DNA of 64,000 nucleotides from a candidate division FCPU426 bacterium (lineage in GTDB: Bacteria > Oederibacteriota > Muellerivitia > Muellerivitales > Muellerivitaceae). Below, piece by piece: positions 40,738 through 49,563 of this stretch (its first letter is position 1; every line of letters begins with the position of its first letter). The stretch is taken from assembly GCA_963847625.1 (NCBI GenBank), contig CAWKAR010000033.1:1-64000 (forward strand), given 5' to 3'. The notes under the pieces are model-generated. The model ran no database searches. It saw only the letters and a list, made by a program, of their open reading frames with translations, and had not been told where the DNA came from. Made by a program: the position numbers and the translations under genes.

Positions 40738-41424
40738 TCACATGTGGTGGACTACCACGCAGGCCACCTTGCCGATAAGCCAAAAGAAAGCCACAACGAC
40801 GAAAAGTTGAAACAAGAACGTAAATCCTGCGATCAGCGCTTTCCTGGTCTTCAGACCCAATTCAGCGGCATGACTTAAACTGCGCTGTTCCGGTGTTAAG
40901 CCTCCCTCATTTTTACCTGGAGCCCCTGATTCACCACTCCCCACCTGTCCCGGGCTTTGTCGAGGAGCCTGCCCCGAGCTTAGTCGAGGGGTTATTTTTT
41001 TGTCCGACCGCGTCTTTCTTTTGATCCGGGAGGGATCAAAATCCTTGGCCGGTTTTCCGCTTAAAATATGGTCCACGAGACCCATGATTTTCCTGGTTTT
41101 TAAACGGTGGGCGAGAACCATATCCAAAGCCTCATGGAATACCCTGCGAAAGTCATCCACCCGGCCTATCAATCCCGCCAGGGCAAGGGCGCATCTGGAG
41201 GAGAGTTTATAGCTGGGCGTGCCCTTGGCCGCCCTGCGGACTTTATCGATTGCCGGTGGGTCGAAACAGTTTTTAAGGTTTAGAAGGTCCGTGATTTGGC
41301 TGTCACTTAGTTTCAAGGCTTGTTTCAGTTCAGGCCTTGGAGCGGAGTAGCGTCCTTTAAGTTGGGCATTCAAGTCCGCAACCTGTTTGAGCCATTTCAT
41401 GGGGTCTTTTTTAGATTCAGGCAT
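40738..41424 (-). CDS. ParB-like HTH DNA-binding-domain protein with C-terminal transmembrane helix
   Basis: AAAGGAG RBS; ELKQALKLSDSQITDLLNL, LSSRCALALAGL and MVLAHRLKTRKIMGLV follow the ParB DBD helix pattern; hydrophobic C-terminus. Confidence 0.65.
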   Translation of the reverse strand: MPESKKDPMKWLKQVADLNAQLKGRYSAPRPELKQALKLSDSQITDLLNLKNCFDPPAIDKVRRAAKGTPSYKLSSRCALALAGLIGRVDDFRRVFHEALDMVLAHRLKTRKIMGLVDHILSGKPAKDFDPSRIKRKTRSDKKITPRLSSGQAPRQSPGQVGSGESGAPGKNEGGLTPEQRSLSHAAELGLKTRKALIAGFTFLFQLFVVVAFFWLIGKVACVVVHHM

Positions 41425-41564
41425 ATATGACTCCTTTGAAATATATTTAACCGCCTATGCCGCTGTGGCAAGGTCACAAACCGGGTCACATAAATCGATG
41501 TTTTTTATCGCCCTTGGGCCGAAGGCCCAACGGGTGTGTGTGTTGATACACATAAAGGCACCAA

Positions 41565-42126
41565 TGCCGACGGGTGTCACCGGAAATGTGGGCAGTTTAT
41601 CTCCCCCTGCCGGTAGATGACACCGGGTATGAGGGCAGTTTATCCTCCCTTTCCGACGGGTGCCGACGGAAATGTGGGCAGTTTATCTCCCATACCGGCA
41701 GATGTTACTGGGAATATGGGCAGTTTATCTCCCCCTGCCGGTAAATGACACCGGGAATGTGGGCAGTTTATCCTCCCTACCGGCAGATGTTACCGGGTTT
41801 GTGGGCAGTTTATCTCCCCTGCCGGGAGATGTTACCGGGTTTGTGGGCAGTTTATCTCTCCCTGCCGGCAGATGTTACCGGGAATGTGGGCAGTTTATCC
41901 TCCCTTGCCGGCAGATGTTTACCGGGAATGTGGGCACTTTATCTCCCTTTGCCGGTAAATGACACTAGGAATGTGGGCAGTTTATCCCCCTTACCGGCAG
42001 ATGTTTACCGGGAATGTGGGCACTTTATCTCCCTTTGCCGGTAAATGACACTAGGTATGTGGGCAGTTTATCCCCCTGCCGGCAGATGTTTACCGGGAAT
42101 GTGGGCAGTTTATCTCCCCTGCCGGC
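41565..42126. repeat. Non-coding tandem array of 13 x 42-44 bp
   Basis: Core GGGCA(G/C)TTTATC at 41590, 41633, 41676, 41718, 41761, 41803, 41845, 41888, 41932, 41975, 42018, 42061, 42103. Confidence 0.95.
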
Positions 42127-42139
42127 ATGGTCCATAAGC

Positions 42140-44248
42140 TTACTTCTGGCCTAAAAGCTCCAGCATTTTATGGGGGTCAGAGGTGGGCAATTGGCATTGG
42201 TAATTCCGGCAGACATAGGCGGTGGCTTTCCCGCCCTGGGAAGGGCGGTTTTCCACCCAAGGGACCAGGGGAGCCAGTTCCCGGGCCTGGTTTTCCCCGC
42301 AGGAAACCAGCACCTTGTGGGGAAGGAAGGCTTTCCAAACGGCTTGGAGGAGGTCCTGGGCCCGGTCCCCCGCCACAAGAATCTCGGCCGGGGAGCTTGC
42401 GGCAAACTGGAGGGCCTGGAGCATCTGGGGGTAGATATGGGAGGACTTGGCCAAGTGGCCTGAGAAGCACTTGATCACCGCGTCCGCGTCGTCCCGGATG
42501 TCCTTGCGGCTGGTGAATTCCGCCAAACGGTAAAAAGTAAGGGCGGCCAGGGAATTGCCCGAGGGGATGGCCCCGTCATGGGCCTCCTTGAGCCGGGTCA
42601 AGAGCCGGTGGGCGTCCTTCTGGTCCGAGCCCGTGAAAAAGAAGCCGCCTTCCTTTTCATCCCAAAAGAGCCTCTTCATCTCGTTGCGGAGCCTGAGGGC
42701 TTCCTCCAGGTATGGCTTCTTGAAGGTGCTCTCGAAGAGGTCCAATTGGGCGGCCTGGAAAAAGGCGTAATCGTCAAGGAATCCTTCTACTGCCGCCGGG
42801 CCTCCCCGGTAGGAAACCAACAAACGCCCGTTTCGAACCAGGTTCTTGGCCAGGAAACCGCACGCTTTCTCAGCCGCTTCCAGGTAGGCCTTGTCCCCAA
42901 GCACCTGGTAGGCGTATGCCAGGGAGGAAATCAAAAGGCTGTTCCAGGAAAGAAGGATCTTGTCGTCCCGGTGGGGCCGGATGCGTTTGGACCGGGCCTG
43001 GAGGACCTTTTCCCTCGCGCCCCGCCACCAGGCTTCGTCCTTGCCCAGGTTTTTCAAGGCCGAGGGCAGGTCCGCGTTTAAATGAAGGATGTTATGTCCC
43101 TCGAAGTTCCCCGCCGCGGTCACCCCGTACAAAGAACAAAAGGCCTCGCCGTCTTTTTCCCCGAGGATCTTCCTCAACTCGGCCGGTTTCCAAATATAGA
43201 ACTTTCCTTCCACGCCCTCGCTGTCCGCGTCCTCGGCGCTGTAAAAACCGCCCGAGGGGTCGGCCATGTCCCGGAAGAGATAATCGAAAATATCGCGGGC
43301 AATCCTGGCGTATTCCCCCTTGCCGGTCGCCTGGAAACCCTCCAGGTAGGCGCGGGCGAGCAAGGCGTTGTCGTAAAGCATCTTCTCGAAATGGGGCACC
43401 AGCCATTGCTCGTCAGTGGAGTAGCGGGCAAATCCCCCGCCGACCTGGTCGTAGATGCCGCCCTGGGACATCTTGTCCAGGGTCAGTTCCACCGTGGAAA
43501 GAAGGGAGGGGTCTTTCCCGCCAAGCCACGCCCGTTGGAGCAGGCCCAGGATCATGGATTGGGGGAACTTGGGCGCGCTTCCGAAGCCGCCTTCCTTGGG
43601 GTCGAAGATGCGGGTGAAGGCTTGGATGGCGTCGTTGATAGCTTTTTCCCCTAAGGGCTGGTCTGGGGCCTTTAACACAGTGGGCGAAATCATTCCAGCC
43701 AATTGCCTGCCGGCTTTTTCCGCTTCCTCGGGTTTTTCCCTCCAAACGCGGGCCACGTCATTCAGGACGGCGGGGAATCCCGGCCGTCCGTAGCGCTCGT
43801 CGGGGGGGAAATAGGTCCCCCCGTAGAAGGGCCGCAGGTCGGGGGTCAGGAACACGTTGAGAGGCCAGCCCCCCTGGCCGGTCATAACGATGACCGCGTC
43901 CATGTATATCTTGTCCACGTCGGGCCGCTCTTCCCGGTCCACCTTGACGCACACGAAAAGCTCGTTCAAAAGCCGGGCGATATCCGCGTTCTCGAAGCAT
44001 TCCCTTTCCATGACGTGGCACCAGTGGCAGGTGGAATAGCCGATGGAAAGGAACAGAGGCTTGTTTTCCCGCTTGGCCTTCCCGAAAGCCTCCTCGCCCC
44101 AGGGAAACCAATCCACGGGATTGTGGGCGTGCTGGAGAAGGTAGGGGCTTTTCTCTTGGATGAGCCGGTTGGAGGGCCCGGGTGGCGTAGGTTTGTGCAA
44201 ATACATGGCCATGGTTTCCATCTTGCCGAAAAGGGGATGGGGAATCAA
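42140..44248 (-). CDS. Thioredoxin-domain YyaL/SPATA20 (DUF255) protein
   Basis: [38 protein letters not shown]; true start may be slightly downstream. Confidence 0.93.
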   Translation of the reverse strand: MIPHPLFGKMETMAMYLHKPTPPGPSNRLIQEKSPYLLQHAHNPVDWFPWGEEAFGKAKRENKPLFLSIGYSTCHWCHVMERECFENADIARLLNELFVCVKVDREERPDVDKIYMDAVIVMTGQGGWPLNVFLTPDLRPFYGGTYFPPDERYGRPGFPAVLNDVARVWREKPEEAEKAGRQLAGMISPTVLKAPDQPLGEKAINDAIQAFTRIFDPKEGGFGSAPKFPQSMILGLLQRAWLGGKDPSLLSTVELTLDKMSQGGIYDQVGGGFARYSTDEQWLVPHFEKMLYDNALLARAYLEGFQATGKGEYARIARDIFDYLFRDMADPSGGFYSAEDADSEGVEGKFYIWKPAELRKILGEKDGEAFCSLYGVTAAGNFEGHNILHLNADLPSALKNLGKDEAWWRGAREKVLQARSKRIRPHRDDKILLSWNSLLISSLAYAYQVLGDKAYLEAAEKACGFLAKNLVRNGRLLVSYRGGPAAVEGFLDDYAFFQAAQLDLFESTFKKPYLEEALRLRNEMKRLFWDEKEGGFFFTGSDQKDAHRLLTRLKEAHDGAIPSGNSLAALTFYRLAEFTSRKDIRDDADAVIKCFSGHLAKSSHIYPQMLQALQFAASSPAEILVAGDRAQDLLQAVWKAFLPHKVLVSCGENQARELAPLVPWVENRPSQGGKATAYVCRNYQCQLPTSDPHKMLELLGQK

Positions 44249-44324
44249 CGTTTTCTATTAACTAGCGCCCATTTATCCACGGGGGCGGTGAACTTTCAAC
44301 CCCAAAAAGGGGTTATTAGCCGGG

Positions 44325-44735
44325 TTAATGAACTCCGCGCAATACTTCCAGGAAATCAGCCGGTGACAAAACCCGCACCTTGCCAGCAGCGTTTTGGGGA
44401 AAATCCTTCTTGTTGCCGGTCACTAGATAGTCGGCTTCCGCACCCAAGGCGACTTCCAGGAAGGCTTCGTCGGTTTTATCCGGCAGGCGCTTACTCAAGG
44501 GAAGGGCCGGGGTAATAAGACCCCTGGCTTCGATGATGGAGAGAAGGTGGCTTGTTTCGGACGGATTAAAGCCGAATTTCGGCCGGGCCAACACCTCCTG
44601 GTATTCCAGGAGGATCCTGGCGTCGAAGCAAACCCGGAAATGTTTGGCCACCGCCATTTGGAGAATGGTTCCGGAAGGGCCCTCCGGCTTCAGCAACCCG
44701 GATACCAGGATGTTGGTGTCGAGGACGACCTTCAT
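44325..44735 (-). CDS. PIN-domain toxin
   Basis: VVLDTNILVS, D..FL..A...ADYLVTGN.KDF. Confidence 0.9.
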   Translation of the reverse strand: MKVVLDTNILVSGLLKPEGPSGTILQMAVAKHFRVCFDARILLEYQEVLARPKFGFNPSETSHLLSIIEARGLITPALPLSKRLPDKTDEAFLEVALGAEADYLVTGNKKDFPQNAAGKVRVLSPADFLEVLRGVH

Positions 44736-45019
44736 CCGCGGAGATTCCGCCGGACCTTGCGGATTTCGTGCTGGATTTCAAGGTCCGTCATCTTCGACCT
44801 TCCGGATTCCACCGAGGCTTTCTGGATTTTTACCACGGCGCGCAAGGCCCGCAATTCCCGGGCCTGGTCCAGGCGCTCCTCAAGGCTCTGCTCGTCGGCG
44901 GAGGTCAGGATGGCAACGGGTTTCCCGTTGTTGGTGACGACCAGATCGGTTTCCTTTTTCAGGTCTTTCCAGACCTTGGAAGGGCGCGTTCTTAATTCGC
45001 GGATGGTGATCATTTTCAT
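44732..45019 (-). CDS. Phd-like antitoxin
   Basis: ITIRELR..VVTNNGKPVAIL; overlaps the toxin start. Confidence 0.88.
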   Translation of the reverse strand: MKMITIRELRTRPSKVWKDLKKETDLVVTNNGKPVAILTSADEQSLEERLDQARELRALRAVVKIQKASVESGRSKMTDLEIQHEIRKVRRNLRG

Positions 45020-45373
45020 GGCTGTCTCCTGTTACCCAAATGGTACACGATTGGTCACCATAATTCAATCCGAGGCTGACTTGAGGACCAATATCCCGGA
45101 TGGCCCGAAAAGATGGGGGGATTCAATGGCTAATTCCGTTAAATCTAATGGGATTTCGTGAAGGTTTTATAATTCGGAGGATTTAAATAATGGAGATAAA
45201 ATCGTAGTGACCGTGAGGGTGAGCTTGTCCTGAGTGAAACGAAGGGAGTCCAGCCCGGGGACCCTTCGGGGACAAGAAAAAAACCATTTAGTTATAAAAT
45301 ATGAGGCGACGAAGAAAATCCCTTTTTAAGATAAGCGGTGTTTTAAAATGCCAATAGAGGAAACTTCTGAAAA

Positions 45374-46969
45374 ATGAAGCCCGAACATACCTGTGTTAAC
45401 CATCCGGGAGCGGAAATTGTCAGTTTCTGTCACCATTGCTACGACCGGCTCTGCAAAGATTGTGTTACAGAAGGTCCCGAACATTATTACTGCCGTAAAC
45501 CGGAATGCCTTAAAGCACTTGAAAGTGAAAAAATTTTTGCAACCCAAGAAAAATCCGAAAAACTAAATACCATCACCAGAAAAACCAAACCCAAAATCCG
45601 AACCTATGGGTATTCTTTTATTTGGACGGTTATCCTGTTGGCGATATATTTGGGTCTCTATTATATCCCGCTCCCAACTATTGGTTTTGCGAACCAATTG
45701 CCCCAATCAAAAGGCACAAATTTATCCGAATTTAATATTTTATCAATGGGTTGGATGCCAGTAGTTTCCGGTTTTATTTGGGTGGAGATTATTTCCCTTT
45801 TTTTAAAACCATTTCGCGGCTGGCGACTGGCGGGGATAACTGGAAGGGAAAAGCTCAATCAATGTGCCTGGGGTTTGTCATTTTTATTCGCTTTATTTCA
45901 GTCATTTGGAACCAATCACCTTGTTTTAGAAATTATGCATGAAAATATACCGTCTTTTTCTCCCCCAAATCCCTTACTCTTTCAAGTCCTTAATATTGTT
46001 TCATTAATGGGTGGGACATTTCTATGCGTGTGGATCGCCAGACTTATTACCCAAATTGGCGTGGGGAACGGATTCCTAATTATTTTTCTTTACGGCTGGA
46101 TCAAAAGTGTTCTCAATAATATTTTGCTTTCTTTTAATGATTTCCGAAAATTAAACCCAACAAGCAATGAGTTGTTTAGATTCTTTATGTTGATCATATT
46201 GATGTTAATTGCCCTTGTTTTTCTTTGGAAATTTATCCAAAAAGGGCCAAGGATTCCGGTAAAAATGGCTAATGGCAAAAGACTATGGTTTGAAATTTCC
46301 CCTTTGCCTATGAGTGTGGGTGTTTACATTTGGTCCCTTTCGATTATTTCAATTTGCACAATATTTCTTATCTATTTTAGGGCATATGGTGATGAACGAC
46401 TTTCGAATCTAATTTCAATGATGAAAGATGGTTGGTTACACATCGTCCTACTATGCATTTTATTGGCACTTTTTAGCTGGGTGTTTTACAACCTGTTTTA
46501 CAGCGAGATTGATGTTTTTGGAATTGGTATAGAAAACCTTCCGGGGCGCCTTCGAAAAAGGGAGATGATCTTAGATCACCAATTTTGGAAGGCTTTGGCT
46601 GTTCTTTTGGCCGGCACTATTCTTTTCAAGCTTCCGATTTGTTTTAATACGGGCTCTGATATGCGTATGGGAGATTTGATATTTTTCGTTCAAGCGTTCG
46701 TCGTGATTCAGGATATTTTGGCACAAATGAAATTTTGTAGGATTCATGGTCAAGGTGTGGAATTGTTGGAATTGGACAATGTACATTTAGCTAGTTACTT
46801 AAAGGGGCTTTTCCAAGTGGAAAAAATCCCCTGTCACATACAAGCCTATGGTTATCGTCGTCTCATGTTTATGTTTTCGCCTTTGTACAAGATGCGGCTG
46901 CTTGTTCCAGAGGAAGAAATCGATAGATCCAAAGTTCTTCTCTCGACAATCGATTTTAAGGTGGTTTGA
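45374..46969 (+). CDS. B-box zinc finger + SecY-like membrane domain + DUF2007-like C-terminal domain
   Basis: CVNHP..CHHC...LCKDC; YIPLP, ILSMGWMP, GGTFLCVWIA..IT..GVGNG; C-terminal LASYLKG.F..EKIPC..MRLLVPEE. Confidence 0.7.
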   Translation: MKPEHTCVNHPGAEIVSFCHHCYDRLCKDCVTEGPEHYYCRKPECLKALESEKIFATQEKSEKLNTITRKTKPKIRTYGYSFIWTVILLAIYLGLYYIPLPTIGFANQLPQSKGTNLSEFNILSMGWMPVVSGFIWVEIISLFLKPFRGWRLAGITGREKLNQCAWGLSFLFALFQSFGTNHLVLEIMHENIPSFSPPNPLLFQVLNIVSLMGGTFLCVWIARLITQIGVGNGFLIIFLYGWIKSVLNNILLSFNDFRKLNPTSNELFRFFMLIILMLIALVFLWKFIQKGPRIPVKMANGKRLWFEISPLPMSVGVYIWSLSIISICTIFLIYFRAYGDERLSNLISMMKDGWLHIVLLCILLALFSWVFYNLFYSEIDVFGIGIENLPGRLRKREMILDHQFWKALAVLLAGTILFKLPICFNTGSDMRMGDLIFFVQAFVVIQDILAQMKFCRIHGQGVELLELDNVHLASYLKGLFQVEKIPCHIQAYGYRRLMFMFSPLYKMRLLVPEEEIDRSKVLLSTIDFKVV

Positions 46970-47044
46970 TTGTCCACCACGGGGAAACCATCGCACCGCA
47001 GCGATGGTTCGTTGCCGCCCCCGGCTTGGTTCAGGGGGATGAAA

Positions 47045-47791
47045 ATGAGCAAGGCCGAATGGCACGACAAATTTTTTTCAGGCATCTACACGAAGATGCT
47101 GGCTGGGCAGTACGACGAAGCCACCAACGTCCGGCAGGCCAAGGGTATCAAGCGCCTCTTGGGGTTGCGCAGGGGCCAGTCTGTCCTGGATATACCCTGC
47201 GGCCAGGGCCGCCTGACCATCCCCATGGCGCGCTTGGGCCTGGAGGCTTCGGGCCTCGACCGGCAGGCCTCCTATATCCGCATGGCGAAATCGGCTGAGA
47301 AGCGCAAAAAAGCCAAGGTGAATTTCATTGCCGGGGATATGCGGAATAACCCATTCACGGAAAGCTTCGATGGCCTATTTAATTGGTTCGGGAGTTTCGG
47401 CTATTTTTCCGACCGTGAGAACCAAAAAGTCATGGAGGGTTTTTACCGGGCCCTCAAGCCGGGCGGACGGCTTTTATTGGAGGGTATCAATAAGGATTTT
47501 ATCCTGAAAAACTTCAAACCGAGGATGGAGGTCAACGCGGGGGGCGTGCGGACACTCCATGAAAACCGTTGGTCCCCGCGCGACCAGCGCATTTATTCCC
47601 GCTGGAACTTCATCCTGGGCCGGAAAAAGGAAGTTCACGACATCCGTTTGCGTCTTTTCAATGCCCGCGACTTGAAACCAATGCTTCAACGCGCCGGCTT
47701 CGTGCAAGTCGGGTTTTTCGGGGACTTGAAGGGAAACCGGCTGGAAGCCTCCTCTCCCCGAATGATCGCGGTGGCCAGGAAAGGGTTGTAA
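47045..47791 (+). CDS. Class I SAM-dependent methyltransferase
   Basis: VLDIPCGQGR, GDMR, SFGYF, LKPGGRLL; start uncertain. Confidence 0.9.
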   Translation: MSKAEWHDKFFSGIYTKMLAGQYDEATNVRQAKGIKRLLGLRRGQSVLDIPCGQGRLTIPMARLGLEASGLDRQASYIRMAKSAEKRKKAKVNFIAGDMRNNPFTESFDGLFNWFGSFGYFSDRENQKVMEGFYRALKPGGRLLLEGINKDFILKNFKPRMEVNAGGVRTLHENRWSPRDQRIYSRWNFILGRKKEVHDIRLRLFNARDLKPMLQRAGFVQVGFFGDLKGNRLEASSPRMIAVARKGL

Positions 47792-47810
47792 ATCCCGCAT
47801 CCCTCCCGCC

Positions 47811-49394
47811 TTAATGGATGACCAAAACCTTCAGTTTCTCCCGGCTGAAATTCCCATTGGACTGCGTCTCATCCACCACAGCCAGGTAAAGCCCGCTGGC
47901 AATCCCTTTCGCGCACCAAACGCATTGGCTGGTACCCGGCGTCCCATTGATAGTTGCGACCAATTCGCCTGCCAGGGTATAAATCCTGGTTCGCAAGGTG
48001 GCGTTGATCTCCGGCACCTTGAAGGTGCAACAGCTTTGAGAAGCCTTGAGAATATTGGGAAGGGCTTTTACGGGTCCGACTCCGGGCAAGGGAGTGGAAG
48101 TCGGAGAGGGAGTGGAAGTCGGGGTCGGGGTGATTGTGAGGGTACAAGTGGGGCCGGGATATCCGCAGGGCGTGGGGGTCCAGGTGGGACAAGTGCCGGT
48201 ATTGCTGATGCTTGAGAGCCAGGTCGAAACCGGGGCCCCGTGGTAGGAAGTTTCTGGATATCCGCTGAAACTGGCGAGCAAGGACGGGCTGACATCGGGG
48301 CTGAAAGCCCAGGCCATGGCGGAATAAACGTAACTATTGGCATTAGTTCCGTTGAACCAATTCACCGCGTTATTGTCCCAAACGGCCCCGTCCGAGGAGG
48401 AAGCGCCGAATTCCTCGATGATGACCGCGTTGGTGGAAGTGGCGGCCGTGACGTTGGTATCCCAATTGCTGGAAGGGCCTTTGCTGGAATAGATATGGGA
48501 AGAATATAGAACGCCGTTTCCGCCCGGGGTGTCAGTCAGGGCGCAATTGTTGCCGCCGCAACTGGTACTGCCGCTGGCCACTCCCCGGAGGTCATAGGCC
48601 CAGTTGAGGCCGCCGGCCACCACGATGTTGTTGGCTCCCTCAGCCCGGATAGCCGTCAAGAGGGTTTGGAATCCCGGAGTATAGGAAGTCCCCGTGTAAG
48701 TGACGCCCCCGCTGACATAGGTCAAGGGGATGGAACCGCCGTTTCGCCATGCGTCCCAAGTGACGTTGTGGGGTTCGTTATAGAGGTCGAAAAGAACCGC
48801 CGGGTTGTTGGCGTAAAGGGAAGCCACCGAAGACCAAAAGGTGACGGAGTTCCAATCCGGCATCATTTGTTGGACCGTGGCCGAGCCCCATCCACTCCCG
48901 GAGCAGGGGGAAGTGGGTGAAGCAATGTTAGGAATGCCGGACCAGTGCAAATCCAGGTCCACGTAAGCGTTGTTTTGGGAGCAGTAATTAATGACCGCTT
49001 GCACCATGGACCGGTAGGCGGTGGGATCGGGCGTGCCTTTGGAATTGGAGCAACCGAACCAGAAATCCTGGTTGAGGGGAAACCGGATGATGTTGCAGTG
49101 CCAGGCCGTGACGGCCTCGGCCGCGATGGAGACATAATCGGTCATGGTCGTGCCGTTGATATTGGTCATAGGCGCTCCCGCTCCATTGTCCCCGGAAGGG
49201 CTGTATTCCAAGCCGGAAACATTCACTCCCCTTAAGCGCAGGGTGCAGCCTTCGCTCGTGACGATTTGGTTTACAGTTACCGAAAGGGAGAGGGAGTCCC
49301 CCAGCAATCTTTGTGGAATGAGGAAAGAGAGGGAAAGGAAAACACTATAAAAAAGAAGAGTTATTTTTGGGAAACACTCGAATGTTTTGATCAA
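47811..49394 (-). CDS. Secreted GH5 glycoside hydrolase with Thr/Pro linker and FlgD/T9SS-like CTD
   Basis: LRGVN.SGLE, DLYNEP (acid/base), SHIY, IEEFG (nucleophile); IYTLAGELV..ASGLY tail. Confidence 0.88.
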   Translation of the reverse strand: MIKTFECFPKITLLFYSVFLSLSFLIPQRLLGDSLSLSVTVNQIVTSEGCTLRLRGVNVSGLEYSPSGDNGAGAPMTNINGTTMTDYVSIAAEAVTAWHCNIIRFPLNQDFWFGCSNSKGTPDPTAYRSMVQAVINYCSQNNAYVDLDLHWSGIPNIASPTSPCSGSGWGSATVQQMMPDWNSVTFWSSVASLYANNPAVLFDLYNEPHNVTWDAWRNGGSIPLTYVSGGVTYTGTSYTPGFQTLLTAIRAEGANNIVVAGGLNWAYDLRGVASGSTSCGGNNCALTDTPGGNGVLYSSHIYSSKGPSSNWDTNVTAATSTNAVIIEEFGASSSDGAVWDNNAVNWFNGTNANSYVYSAMAWAFSPDVSPSLLASFSGYPETSYHGAPVSTWLSSISNTGTCPTWTPTPCGYPGPTCTLTITPTPTSTPSPTSTPLPGVGPVKALPNILKASQSCCTFKVPEINATLRTRIYTLAGELVATINGTPGTSQCVWCAKGIASGLYLAVVDETQSNGNFSREKLKVLVIH

Positions 49395-49563
49395 TTCAGC
49401 CTCTGGGGATGTTGTTCCTTATGAGAAAGGCGAGGAGGAATTATACGCTTCGCCAGGAAAACAAACCAATTAAGACCTTTATTTTCGGTCTTTTGTCAGT
49501 TTGGGCCGACGGTTGATTGCGAAAGGTTCTACGGACAAACTCGTTTTTGCCGTTAGGTTTAGT

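Noticed and set aside
40738..40740. Genome-wide TGA recoding
   Set aside because: Conserved genes such as mscL and hypE end at TGA exactly where expected.
41387..42044. ORFs overlapping the tandem array
   Set aside because: Unit lengths of 42, 43 and 44 bp shift the frame repeatedly; these ORFs are by-products of the repeat.
41565..42126. CRISPR or TIGR-type guide array
   Set aside because: Units are similar over their whole length with no unique spacers, and no cas genes are present in the window.
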